Positions 18,025-26,992 are shown, counted from the first letter of the stretch. The stretch is 64,000 nucleotides of DNA from Comamonadaceae bacterium (GCA_027488255.1 JAIYBZ010000003.1:5221-69220), one strand, 5' to 3'. The notes: generated from the sequence alone by a model not told the origin. Numbers and translations: made by a program.

Positions 18025-19887
18025 TCAGTCGCCCAGAACCACCCCTTCGCGGCGCGGATCGGCAGCGCCAAACCAGCCACGGGGGGTGCGCTCAATCGCT
18101 TGCAAACCGCTGGTCATCTCCATTTCACGCACCTCGTGCCCTTGGGCTTTCAGGGCCTCGAGGGTCGTCGCTGGAAAGCGTTGGGCTTCCAACAAGGTGG
18201 GGCCGTTGAGCGAGCCAAAGTTGGGCAGGTTGACCGCGTCTTGGGCGTTCATGTCCCAATGCAAAGTACCCACCAACACCTTGGCGGTGTAGTGCACGAT
18301 GAGCGCCCCGCCGGGGCTGCCGCCGCTCAATACCAATTGGCCTGTGGCCTTGTCGAAGACCAAGGTGGGCGACATGGACGAGCGAGGCCGTTTGCCGGGC
18401 TCAACCCGGTTGGCGATCGGGCGACCTTGGGCATCGGCGGGGGCAAAGCTGAAATCGGTCAATTGGTTGTTCAGCAAAAATCCACCCGGGCGTTGCGCAT
18501 CGGTGGTGACCATGCGGCGTGCGCCAAAGGCCGCCTCAATGGTGGTGGTCATGGCCACACTTCGCCCTTTAGCATCGACCACGCTGATGTGGCTGGTGCC
18601 GTATTCGGTTTGTGCTGGCATGGGGGCAAAACTGGTGCGAGCCCCTCCCGGCTGTCCCGCGGTGGCCACCTTCATGGATTGGGCCCCGATCAATTGGCTG
18701 CGTTGTTTCAAGTAGGCCTTGTCCCACAGGCTGCGCCAATCGCCCGCTGGGGGTTTGACAAAGTCGGGGTCGGCGACAAATTGCGCGCGGTCGGCAAAAG
18801 CCAAGCGCGACGCTTCGGTGTAGCGGTGCAACCAGTCGGGAGCAGGCAGGCCATATTGCAAGTCGGGCCCTTTGGCAGTGGTTTGGGCCAGTATTCCCAA
18901 GATTTGACCGATGGCAATTTGCCCAGAGGAAGGTGGTGGAAAACCGCAGATGCGGTAGTTGCGTTTTTGCACGGCGTGGTCAAAGCACAAGGCCTCGCGT
19001 TCGCGGGCTTGGTATTGGGCCAAGTCTTGCAGACTCAAACTGCCGGGGCGTGGCGCCGATTGCGTGCGTTGCACGATGGCTTGTGCCACTGCACCTTCGT
19101 GCAAAGCGCGGCTGCCCTCTAAAGCGATGCGCCGCATCACATGCGCGTATTCGGGGTTGCGCAGCACATGGCCCACTGGCCAGGCCTGTCCTTGGGCGTT
19201 GTAAAAGTAGGCGAGGGCCACGGGGTCTTTTTTCAGGTGCGGGTCGGCTTGCAGCAGGGTGTGCAGACGCGGACTGACTTTGAACCCCTGTTCCGCCAAA
19301 GTGATGGCGGGGGCCATCAGTTGAGACCAAGGCAAAACGCCGTGTTGTCGATGGGCCGCTTCGAGCATGCGCACCGCACCGGGCACGCCCACCGCATGGC
19401 CGCTTTGCAGGGCTTCGTCAAAGGACAGGGGTTTGCCATCGTCCGCCAAAAACTGCTGAGGCTTTGCGCCGGCAGGCGCGGTTTCGCGGCCATCGTGGGC
19501 CGATACTTTTTGTCCGTCAAAGTGCAGCAAAAAAGCGCCGCCCCCGAGGCCGCTCGATTGCGGCTCCACCAAGCCCAACACCATCTGCACCGCAATGGCG
19601 GCATCCAAGGCCGATCCACCTGCACGCAAAATTTGGTGACCTGCATCGGTGGCCAGCGGATTGGCCGCGGCCACCGCTTGGCGTGCATAGGCCCAGCCCG
19701 GCTTGACGGTGTTGCCACTGGCAGCCTCGGGTTGCTCGGGCACGCTGTAGCGCCATTGGCCGGCTGCAGCAGTCGATGCGGACGGGTTTTTGGGGCTGCT
19801 GGCTGTGTTGAGCACGCTGCAAGCGGTCAACAGCCCCGCGCTGATCAGCACCAGGGTGAGACGGGTCAGGGTTTGATAGGGGGTCAT
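18025..19887 (-). CDS. ggt: gamma-glutamyltransferase, probable lipoprotein
   Basis: Autoprocessing/catalytic Thr context EYGTSHISVVD, the GGSPGG motif, and an N-terminal lipobox LLTAC. Confidence 0.9.
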   Translation of the reverse strand: MTPYQTLTRLTLVLISAGLLTACSVLNTASSPKNPSASTAAAGQWRYSVPEQPEAASGNTVKPGWAYARQAVAAANPLATDAGHQILRAGGSALDAAIAVQMVLGLVEPQSSGLGGGAFLLHFDGQKVSAHDGRETAPAGAKPQQFLADDGKPLSFDEALQSGHAVGVPGAVRMLEAAHRQHGVLPWSQLMAPAITLAEQGFKVSPRLHTLLQADPHLKKDPVALAYFYNAQGQAWPVGHVLRNPEYAHVMRRIALEGSRALHEGAVAQAIVQRTQSAPRPGSLSLQDLAQYQAREREALCFDHAVQKRNYRICGFPPPSSGQIAIGQILGILAQTTAKGPDLQYGLPAPDWLHRYTEASRLAFADRAQFVADPDFVKPPAGDWRSLWDKAYLKQRSQLIGAQSMKVATAGQPGGARTSFAPMPAQTEYGTSHISVVDAKGRSVAMTTTIEAAFGARRMVTTDAQRPGGFLLNNQLTDFSFAPADAQGRPIANRVEPGKRPRSSMSPTLVFDKATGQLVLSGGSPGGALIVHYTAKVLVGTLHWDMNAQDAVNLPNFGSLNGPTLLEAQRFPATTLEALKAQGHEVREMEMTSGLQAIERTPRGWFGAADPRREGVVLGD

Positions 19888-19983
19888 GAGGTCGATTTTG
19901 AGGGGGGTGAGAGATCAGAAACAACAAGAGCGATGGGGATGAGCTTACTGAGCTGTGCTGGGAATGCAATCAGGGTTAAGGCT

Positions 19984-20040
19984 AGGGGAAAGGAAAGGGA
20001 AAGGGAAAGGGAAAGGGAAAGCGAAGGGGAAGGGGAAGGG
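19984..20040. repeat. homopurine hexanucleotide microsatellite, (GGGAAA)n with degenerate GGGGAA flanks
   Basis: Read directly. Four perfect GGGAAA units lie at 19997-20020, flanked by GGGGAAA, GGAAA, GCGAA, GGGGAA, GGGGAA and GGG. There is only one pyrimidine (C at 20022) in 57 nt. Confidence 0.95.
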
Positions 20041-20155
20041 CCAAGGATGGCTTGAGCAGGACGACCTATATTCGCTGTGCCCATCGCCGAGCCTTCGGCC
20101 AAAGCGTGTTTAATCGGAACAGGGGACCGACAAAACCCCATCACCCCCTTTCAAC

Positions 20156-21001
20156 ATGAACCCATCAATAAAATCCTTAGCCGAGACTTTGTGGTCCGAC
20201 TTCAGCGCCGCTGAAAAAGTGTTGTGCAGTTATGCGGCGCTGATGGTGTTGGGGCTGATCGGGGTCTATGCCGTGTCGCTGTGGGACGAGCGCACATGGC
20301 GCGAAGTGGGCATTTGGGCCAAGCCCATGAAGTTTTTGGCCGCGACCGCCTTGTTTGCGGCGACCACCGTGGTCTTGAGCCGGGCCGTGGCGGGGGAGCA
20401 GGGGCAGGGGCATCCCATGCGTCAGCTGGGCAAGGGGCGGGCTTTTCTGGGCATCACCGCCTTGATCATCGTGACCTCTTTGTTTGAGGTGGTTTACATC
20501 GGCGTGCAGGCGGCCTTGGGCGAGGGTTCTCACTACAACACCCGCGACCCGCTGCACGCATTTCTGTTTGGCCTGATGGCCGTGGCGGCCGTGGCCTTGG
20601 TGGCTTCACAAGCTTGGCTGGCCTGGGCCATTAGGCAATGCCTCAAGACCGCCCCCAAGGCGGCCACCTCAACCCTGACGCCCTTGACTCTGGCTGTGCT
20701 GATGGGTTTGGTCTTGACCTGTGTGTTGTCCACCATCAGTGGCTTCATGTTGGGCGGGCTCCAGCCGCCCGCTGGCGTGGGCCTGCCGGTGGTGGGATGG
20801 CATGGGGCGCACGATGTCCGTCCGGCGCATTTTTTGGCGGTGCACGCGCAGCAGTTCATTCCCTTGGCGGGCCTGCTGGCCCATCGGCTGGCCCGAGGCG
20901 TGGGGCAAGGGCTGGCGAAGGCAGGCCTGCTGCTCTTCACCGCGGCCTATGTGGCCGCGTGGGTGGGCTTGAGTGTGATGGGCACAGTCGGCTTGCCGTG
21001 A
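20156..21001 (+). CDS. hypothetical polytopic membrane protein (281 aa)
   Basis: About 7-8 hydrophobic helices with a conserved-looking His cluster near the C-terminus (GWHGAHDVRPAHFLAVHAQQF). No family recognised. Confidence 0.6.
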   Translation: MNPSIKSLAETLWSDFSAAEKVLCSYAALMVLGLIGVYAVSLWDERTWREVGIWAKPMKFLAATALFAATTVVLSRAVAGEQGQGHPMRQLGKGRAFLGITALIIVTSLFEVVYIGVQAALGEGSHYNTRDPLHAFLFGLMAVAAVALVASQAWLAWAIRQCLKTAPKAATSTLTPLTLAVLMGLVLTCVLSTISGFMLGGLQPPAGVGLPVVGWHGAHDVRPAHFLAVHAQQFIPLAGLLAHRLARGVGQGLAKAGLLLFTAAYVAAWVGLSVMGTVGLP

Positions 21002-21016
21002 CTGTGCCCCGGGCGC

Positions 21017-21775
21017 TCACTTGGGTGCCAGACGAATGGCGCCGTCTAGGCGGATCACTTCGCCATTGAGCATGTCGTTTTCAATGATGTGTTTAGCCAA
21101 TTTGGCGTAGTCTTGTGGCGTGCCCAAACGGCTGGGGAAGGGCACCCCGGCAGCCAAAGCGTCTTGAACTTCTTGCGGCATGCCAAACAACATGGGCGTG
21201 CCAAAGATGCCGGGCGCAATGGTCATGTTGCGAATGCCATTGCGCGCCAAGTCACGGGCGATCGGCAGTGTCATGCCCACCACGCCGCCCTTGGAGGCGG
21301 CATAAGCGGCTTGGCCAATTTGGCCGTCGTAAGCCGCCACGCTGGCCGTGCTGATCAACACACCGCGCTCGCCAGTGGCTTCGGGTTCGTTTTTGCCCAT
21401 GGCTTCGGCGGCCAAGCGGATCATGTTGAAGCTGCCCACCAAGTTGACCATGATGGTCTTGGTGTAGAGGGCCAGATTGTGGGCGCCGTTTTTGCCCACG
21501 GTTTTTTCAGCCGGCGCAATGCCCGCGCAGTTGACCAAGCCCATCAGCTTGCCCATCGACACGGCCTTGGCCACCACGGCTTGGCCGTCGGCTTCTTGGC
21601 TCACGTCACATTTGACAAATGCGCCGCCCAGCTCTTTCGCGATGGCTTCGCCTTTTTCGACTTGCATGTCGGCAATCACCACCTTGCCCCCGTTGGCGGC
21701 CAGCATGCGGGCGGTGCCTTCGCCCAAGCCCGATGCGCCGCCAGTGACGATGAAAACCTTGCCTTGAATGTCCAT
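21017..21775 (-). CDS. SDR-family 3-hydroxyacyl-CoA dehydrogenase (3-hydroxy-2-methylbutyryl-CoA dehydrogenase-like)
   Basis: Motifs TGGASGLG and the catalytic YAASKGGV; overall resemblance to HSD17B10-type SDRs. The ATG at 21775 is preceded by GGAGA. The tracked start at 21787 is a TTG that sits on that RBS. Confidence 0.8.
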   Translation of the reverse strand: MDIQGKVFIVTGGASGLGEGTARMLAANGGKVVIADMQVEKGEAIAKELGGAFVKCDVSQEADGQAVVAKAVSMGKLMGLVNCAGIAPAEKTVGKNGAHNLALYTKTIMVNLVGSFNMIRLAAEAMGKNEPEATGERGVLISTASVAAYDGQIGQAAYAASKGGVVGMTLPIARDLARNGIRNMTIAPGIFGTPMLFGMPQEVQDALAAGVPFPSRLGTPQDYAKLAKHIIENDMLNGEVIRLDGAIRLAPK

Positions 21776-21793
21776 CTTGATCTCCAAAATTTG

Positions 21794-21816
21794 ATTGACG
21801 TTACGTCAACGTCAAT
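21794..21816. promoter_or_regulatory. palindromic operator candidate upstream of the SDR gene
   Basis: ATTGACGTT-ACGTC-AACGTCAAT contains a perfect 15-bp palindrome TTGACGT-T-ACGTCAA at 21795-21809. It lies 19-41 nt upstream of the ATG and abuts a minus-strand ATAAT -10-like element. Confidence 0.55.
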
Positions 21817-21955
21817 TATGCACAGGGATCGCCGAAAATGAGTGCTTCAAAAGGCCGCCAATGGTCTCTAATGGTCCCCAACGGACCCCCTTGGATTCCC
21901 TTGGGCTCCAAGGAAACTGCTTAACCCTGATGGGTCTTTCACAAGGACACACACA

Positions 21956-22378
21956 ATGACACCACCTGTTTTTTCAGCAGCACCCCGCTCGGCGCGCATT
22001 TTGGGCGTTTTGGGGGCATTGAGTGCGGGGGCCAGTGTGGTGTTCAGTGCGGCTTTTGCCCATTTGCCCGTTTTCAGTGGCGGCATGCCGGTGATGGTGC
22101 AAACCGCTTTGACCCAACAGCAGTTTCATTCGCTGGGCATCTTGCTGGTGGCATTGGCGGTCTCGTGTTGGGGCCCATCGCGTTGGTTGCTTGTGGCGGG
22201 GGGGCTGATGCTGGGAGGGGTGTTGTTGTTCAGTCTGAATCTTTATGCCCGGAACATTTGGGGATGGGACACCCTGCGCGCAGCCGTACCCTGGGGCGGT
22301 GGCGCTTGGATTCTGGCTTGGCTGTGCTTGGCTGTAGGAGCGTTCAAGGCCGCGGGGGCGGACAGCCCCGGTCAGTGA
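21956..22378 (+). CDS. DUF423-domain membrane protein (YgdD-like)
   Basis: 140 aa, 4 TM helices, Gly-rich helices (LLVAGGLMLGGVLLFSLNLY) as in the DUF423 family. Call is from memory. Confidence 0.6.
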   Translation: MTPPVFSAAPRSARILGVLGALSAGASVVFSAAFAHLPVFSGGMPVMVQTALTQQQFHSLGILLVALAVSCWGPSRWLLVAGGLMLGGVLLFSLNLYARNIWGWDTLRAAVPWGGGAWILAWLCLAVGAFKAAGADSPGQ

Positions 22379-22463
22379 GGTCAACTCCCACTCAGTCCCC
22401 GGGAGGCTTGAAGGGTGGGGATTTGTTTTTTCTCCATCAAGAGGCCTTGACCGAAGCTTTTCG

Positions 22464-22478
22464 CTATCGGGCTGATAG
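22464..22478. promoter_or_regulatory. LysR/OxyR-type T-N11-A box upstream of ahpC
   Basis: CTATC-GGGCT-GATAG is a perfect dyad about 100 nt upstream of the ahpC ATG. Further dyads ACTCATGAGT (22484-22493) and AATGAG-TTTT-CTCATT (22524-22539) lie in the same AT-rich region. Confidence 0.45.
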
Positions 22479-22574
22479 GAACAACTCATGAGTAAAAACC
22501 CTAGGTTGAATTATGATTGCTACCAATGAGTTTTCTCATTCGATAGTTTTTTTAAACCAACCAAGGAAATCACC

Positions 22575-23141
22575 ATGTCCTCTTTGATCAATACCCAAGT
22601 CCAGCCTTTCAAGACCCAAGCTTTCCACAACGGCAAGTTTGTGCAAGTTTCCAACGAAACCCTCAAGGGCGAGTGGTCGGTGCTGATTTTCATGCCCGCC
22701 GCTTTCACCTTCAACTGCCCCACCGAAATCGAAGACGCGGCGGACAACTACGCCGAGTTCCAAAAAGCCGGTGCCGAGGTCTACATCGTGACCACCGACA
22801 CCCATTTCTCGCACAAAGTTTGGCACGAGACATCGCCTGCCGTCGGCAAGGCCAAGTTCCCATTGATCGGTGACCCCACACACGCTTTGACACGCGCTTT
22901 TGGCGTGCACATCGAAGAAGAAGGCCTGGCTTTGCGCGGCACCTTCATCATCAACCCCGAAGGCATGATCAAGACCGCCGAAGTGCACTCCAACGAGATC
23001 GCCCGTGACGTGTCTGAAACCCTGCGCAAGCTGAAGGCCGCCCAGTACACTGCCGCCAACCCCGGCCAAGTGTGCCCTGCCAAGTGGAAAGAAGGCGCCA
23101 AGACTTTGGCTCCTTCCATCGACCTGGTCGGCAAGATCTAA
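22575..23141 (+). CDS. ahpC: alkyl hydroperoxide reductase subunit C (2-Cys peroxiredoxin)
   Basis: Peroxidatic Cys motif FTFNCPTE, resolving Cys in VCPAKW, 187 aa, GGAAAT RBS region. Confidence 0.95.
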   Translation: MSSLINTQVQPFKTQAFHNGKFVQVSNETLKGEWSVLIFMPAAFTFNCPTEIEDAADNYAEFQKAGAEVYIVTTDTHFSHKVWHETSPAVGKAKFPLIGDPTHALTRAFGVHIEEEGLALRGTFIINPEGMIKTAEVHSNEIARDVSETLRKLKAAQYTAANPGQVCPAKWKEGAKTLAPSIDLVGKI

Positions 23142-23351
23142 GTCTGGGCCGCCAGCCTTCTTGACTGGCCATATTTACAAGCCCTTGAGATAGGTCTTCC
23201 AACACCCTGCCTTGGCAGGGCGTTGAGCACAGCGCAATACGGTCACAAGCCGGGTGTGCGCTGTCCTCAACGATTTCCCCCAAAAACCCTTTTTCGAGGC
23301 CTCGCCACAAGCAGGGCCCTGAATGTTTGCACCTTGAAACTGGAGAACACC

Positions 23352-24902
23352 ATGCTCGACGACACCCTCAAAGCCCAATTGCAGCAGTACCTGGCTTTGC
23401 TGCGCCAGCCGATTCGCTTGGTCGCCACTTTGGACGACAGCGAGACCGGCCGCGACATGAAGAGCCTGCTGGAAACCATCGTGGGCCTGTCGGACAAGGT
23501 GTCGCTGGACACCTCGGGCAACGATGTTCGCAAGCCCTCTTTTGAGGTCGTGCGAGCAGGCGAAACTCAAGGCGTGCGCTTTGCCGGATTGCCGCTGGGC
23601 CACGAGTTCACCTCTTTGGTGTTGGCCTTGCTGTGGACCGGCGGCCACCCGCCCAAAGTCGAGCCCGAAATCATTGACAGCATCAAAGACTTGGACGGTG
23701 ACTTCAACTTCGAGGTTTACATGTCGCTCAGCTGCCACAACTGCCCGGACGTGGTGCAGGCCTTGTCCCTCATGGCCATCTTCAACCCCAAGGTTAAAAC
23801 GGTGGTGATCGAGGGCGGTGCCTTCCAAAAGGAAGTGGAAGAGCGCCAGATCATGGCCGTGCCCATGGTCTTCTTGAACGGACAAGTGTTTGGCTCTGGC
23901 CGCATGAATGTGGAAGAAATCGTGGCCAAGCTGGACACCGGTGCGGCCACTCGCGAGGCGGCCAAGCTCGAGGCCAAAGACCCGTTTGATGTGTTGATCG
24001 TGGGCGGTGGCCCTGCCGGTGCGGCAGCAGCGGTGTACGCGGCTCGCAAAGGCATTCGCGTGGGTGTGGCCGCTGAGCGTTTTGGTGGCCAGACCAACGA
24101 CACCATGGCGATTGAAAACTACATTTCAGTGCTGGAGACCGACGGCCCCAAGTTTGCCGCCGCACTCGAAGCCCAAGTGCGCCAATACGGCGTGGACATC
24201 ATGAACCTGCAGCGGGCCGACAAACTGACGCCTGCAGGGGCCGATGGTTTGGTGCACATCCAAATGGAAAACGGCGCCACGCTCAAGGCCAAGACGGTGA
24301 TCTTGTCCACCGGTGCCCGCTGGCGCAACGTGAACGTGCCCGGCGAAGCCGAGTACAAAAACAAGGGCGTGGCCTATTGCCCGCACTGCGATGGCCCGCT
24401 GTTCAAGGGCAAACGCACCGCGGTCATTGGCGGCGGCAACTCGGGCATCGAGGCGGCGATTGATTTGGCCGGCATCGTCGAGCATGTCACCGTGATCGAG
24501 TTTGCCGAGCAACTCAAGGCCGACGCGGTGCTGGTGAACAAGCTGAACAGTTTGCCCAACGTGACGGTGCACACCCATGCCCAAACCACCGAGATCACCG
24601 GTGACGGCAGCAAGGTCAATGGCATTCGCTACAAAGACCGCGCGACCGGCACCGAGCACCACGTGGAGTTGGCGGGCGTGTTTGTGCAAATCGGCTTGGT
24701 GCCCAACACCGAGTTTTTGAAGGGCACGGTCGAGCTCTCCAAGTTTGGCGAGATCGTGGTGGACGCCAAGGGTCACACCAATGTGCCCGGGGTGTTTGCG
24801 GCCGGGGACTGCACCACCGTGCCTTACAAGCAGATCGTGATCGCTGCAGGCGAAGGCTCCAAGGCTGCGCTGAGCGCCTTTGACCACCTGATCCGAAGCT
24901 GA
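23352..24902 (+). CDS. ahpF: alkyl hydroperoxide reductase subunit F
   Basis: N-terminal redox centre CHNCP, FAD motif [18 protein letters not shown], second redox centre CPHCDG. The ATG at 23352 follows a GGAGAA RBS. The tracked upstream extension from 23223 was rejected. Confidence 0.95.
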   Translation: MLDDTLKAQLQQYLALLRQPIRLVATLDDSETGRDMKSLLETIVGLSDKVSLDTSGNDVRKPSFEVVRAGETQGVRFAGLPLGHEFTSLVLALLWTGGHPPKVEPEIIDSIKDLDGDFNFEVYMSLSCHNCPDVVQALSLMAIFNPKVKTVVIEGGAFQKEVEERQIMAVPMVFLNGQVFGSGRMNVEEIVAKLDTGAATREAAKLEAKDPFDVLIVGGGPAGAAAAVYAARKGIRVGVAAERFGGQTNDTMAIENYISVLETDGPKFAAALEAQVRQYGVDIMNLQRADKLTPAGADGLVHIQMENGATLKAKTVILSTGARWRNVNVPGEAEYKNKGVAYCPHCDGPLFKGKRTAVIGGGNSGIEAAIDLAGIVEHVTVIEFAEQLKADAVLVNKLNSLPNVTVHTHAQTTEITGDGSKVNGIRYKDRATGTEHHVELAGVFVQIGLVPNTEFLKGTVELSKFGEIVVDAKGHTNVPGVFAAGDCTTVPYKQIVIAAGEGSKAALSAFDHLIRS

Positions 24903-24921
24903 GCACCGAAACGCTGCGCCG

Positions 24922-25965
24922 TCACTTGAAACCGACGCGGTCCATCATTTGTTGGACCTTGATCTGGTTCATGCCGACGGCGCTGATTGGAATCAGCTCG
25001 CTTTTGAAGCTGCCGCCCGTCATGGCTTTGAGGGCCGGGTTGTCAAAGCTCACGCCTTTGGCAACCGGCCATTCGTTGTTGCCATTGGCAAAGTGGTTTT
25101 GCGCGGAAGGGCTGGCCAGGTATTCCAAAAATTTGACGGCGTTGTCGGCGTTTTTGGCATGCCGGGCCACCGCGCCCCCGGCGATGTTCACGTGGGTGCC
25201 CCAGTTGTTTTGGTTAGGAAACACCACGCCGATTTTTTCGGTCACGGCGCGATCTGCGGCATTGCCTGAGCGCATCATGCGGGCCAAGTAATAGGAGTTG
25301 GTGACGGCCACGCCGCATTCCCCTGAGGCCACGCCTTTGATCTGGTCGGTGTCGCCACCCTTGGGGCTGCGCGCCATGTTGTCCACCAGGCCTTTGAGCC
25401 AGACTTCGGTTTTTTGCGGCCCCAAATGTTCGGTCATGGCGCCGACCCAACTCAGGTTGTAGGGGTGAGATCCCGAGCGCACGCACAACTGGCCTTTGAA
25501 TTTGGTATCGGCCAATTTTTCGTAGCTGTCCACATCGCTCTTGCTGAACTTGACCTTGTCGTACACCACCACGCGGGCGCGGGTAGACAGGCCAAACCAA
25601 GCGGTGCCGCCGTTGTCGGCGGGCTTGGCGCGCAAGTTGGCGGGGATGGCGTCTTCGAGCTTGGCCGATTTGACGGGCAAGAAAAGGCCGTCCACTTCGG
25701 CGCGCCACAAGCGGGCTGCGTCAACCAGCAAAATCACGTCGGCAGGGGAGGCGGCCCCCTCGGCCTTGAGACGGGCGAGAATACCGGCATCGTCGGCATC
25801 GACCCGATTGATCTTGATGCCGGTGGCTTTGGTGAAATCGCTGTACATCACTTCGTCGGTCGGGTAATGCCGGGCTGAGTAAATGTTGAGCACTTTGTCT
25901 TGCGCCATGAGGGGGCTGACGGTCAGCAGGCAAGCCAATGAAATGAGGGTGATAGAGCGTGTCAT
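24922..25965 (-). CDS. Fe(3+) ABC-transporter periplasmic binding protein (FbpA/AfuA-like), orphan
   Basis: Signal peptide MTRSITLISLACLLTVSPLMA, then QDKVLNIYSARHYPTDE, typical of ferric-binding proteins. The start was trimmed from 26214 to the ATG at 25965. No permease or ATPase gene is adjacent. Confidence 0.8.
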   Translation of the reverse strand: MTRSITLISLACLLTVSPLMAQDKVLNIYSARHYPTDEVMYSDFTKATGIKINRVDADDAGILARLKAEGAASPADVILLVDAARLWRAEVDGLFLPVKSAKLEDAIPANLRAKPADNGGTAWFGLSTRARVVVYDKVKFSKSDVDSYEKLADTKFKGQLCVRSGSHPYNLSWVGAMTEHLGPQKTEVWLKGLVDNMARSPKGGDTDQIKGVASGECGVAVTNSYYLARMMRSGNAADRAVTEKIGVVFPNQNNWGTHVNIAGGAVARHAKNADNAVKFLEYLASPSAQNHFANGNNEWPVAKGVSFDNPALKAMTGGSFKSELIPISAVGMNQIKVQQMMDRVGFK

Positions 25966-26001
25966 GGGTGTTTTTTTGAAATGGATTGACGCCAGTGTAA
26001 T

Positions 26002-26026
26002 CCAAATGCGAATCATTATCAATAAG
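26002..26026. promoter_or_regulatory. Fur box candidate
   Basis: CCAAATGCGAATCATTATC matches the 19-bp consensus GATAATGATAATCATTATC at 14 of 19 positions, with the 3' ten positions perfect. It lies between the divergent Fe3+ binding-protein and patatin-like genes. Confidence 0.6.
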
Positions 26027-26038
26027 ATTTGAGAAAAA

Positions 26039-26992
26039 ATGAAGTTGAGCGAGTTTTTTATGCACACCAGGCGTTTCAGCGGCTCGCGGGCCATATGGGC
26101 CTTGGTCTTGGCCAGCCTGTTGTCGGCCTGTACCACCGCCACCAAGGTGCCCGTGGCCGAGCCCGTGCTTGAGCCCAGTCCCATCCCCGCCGTACCCGAA
26201 CGCCGTGAGGTCAAGCTGGGATTGGCCTTGGGTGGCGGCGCGGCGCGGGGCTTTGCCCATCTGGGGGTGATTCAGGTGCTGGAAGAGGCCGGCCTGTCGC
26301 CCCAGTATGTGGTGGGCACTTCGGCGGGCAGTTTGGTTGCCGCCTTGTACGCCAGCGGCAAGAGCATGGCCGAACTGACGCGGGCGGCAGAAACCATGCA
26401 AGAGGCCGACATCACCGATTGGATCTTGCCCATCCTCAACCGGGGCGCTTTGCGGGGCGAGGCGCTGGCCAAGTACGTCAACACCCAGGTGGGCGGGCGC
26501 AATCTGGAGCAAATGAAGATTCCATTGGGCATCGTGGCCACCGACTTGGGCAGCGGGGAACCCATCACATTCCGACGCGGCAACACCGGGACAGCGGTGC
26601 GGGCTTCTAGTGCCATTCCTGCGGTCTTTCAGCCGGTGCGCATTGGGGATCGCGAATATGTAGACGGCGGCTTGGTGGCACCCGTCCCGGTTCGCCAAAC
26701 GCGCGAAATGGGGGCCAACTTCGTCATCGCTGTGGACATTTCCAGTGACCCCGATGGCAACCCGGCAGGGGACACGTTTCAGGTTTTGTTGCAGACCTTC
26801 ACCATCATGGGCAAAAGCATCAACACTTTGGCTTTGAAAGAGGCCAATTTGGTGGTCCGTCCGGCGCTGGCCGGGGTCAAGAGTGCCGACTTTGGCGCCC
26901 GAATGCGGTCGATCGAAGCAGGGCGTGTGGCCATGCAGGCGCTGTTGCCCACGCTCAAAACCAAACTGTCCGACTTTGAGCAGGGCCGCTGA
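26039..26992 (+). CDS. patatin-like phospholipase family lipoprotein
   Basis: Oxyanion motif GGGAARG, nucleophile elbow GTSAG, catalytic DGG (VDGGLVAPVP), and lipobox LLSAC near the N-terminus. Confidence 0.85.
   Translation: MKLSEFFMHTRRFSGSRAIWALVLASLLSACTTATKVPVAEPVLEPSPIPAVPERREVKLGLALGGGAARGFAHLGVIQVLEEAGLSPQYVVGTSAGSLVAALYASGKSMAELTRAAETMQEADITDWILPILNRGALRGEALAKYVNTQVGGRNLEQMKIPLGIVATDLGSGEPITFRRGNTGTAVRASSAIPAVFQPVRIGDREYVDGGLVAPVPVRQTREMGANFVIAVDISSDPDGNPAGDTFQVLLQTFTIMGKSINTLALKEANLVVRPALAGVKSADFGARMRSIEAGRVAMQALLPTLKTKLSDFEQGR

Noticed and set aside
19884-20144. 86-aa minus-strand ORF with an SPSPSLSLSLSLSLS repeat
   Set aside because: It is simply the translation of the GGGAAA microsatellite and surrounding intergenic DNA. 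It has no RBS and overlaps the ggt start region.
22700-22725. AhpC peroxidatic motif reads FTFNCPTE rather than the FTFVCPTE I know from E. coli
   Set aside because: I believe this Asn variant is typical of Comamonadaceae-type AhpC proteins. The rest of the protein, including the resolving Cys, is canonical, so it is most likely lineage variation.
23142-23351. 210-nt ahpC-ahpF spacer with two hairpins (CCCTGCC-TT-GGCAGGG at about 23205-23220; ACAGCGCA-N20-TGCGCTGT at about 23229-23264), considered as a small RNA or mobile repeat
   Set aside because: Partial terminators or attenuators between ahpC and ahpF are a well-known arrangement that lowers ahpF expression. There is no repeat family or ORF evidence.
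25966-26214. Upstream extensions of tracked ORFs (24922-26214, 27144-27803, 40747-41403, 41477-42709, 51531-53315, 53999-54490, 23223-24902, 28664-29248, 31755-32678, 59744-60085, 59916-60578, 61204-63858)
   Set aside because: In each case the conserved protein begins at an internal start codon with a better RBS or a stop-start overlap. The extension runs through promoters, terminators, Fur or sigma-32 sites, or the preceding gene.
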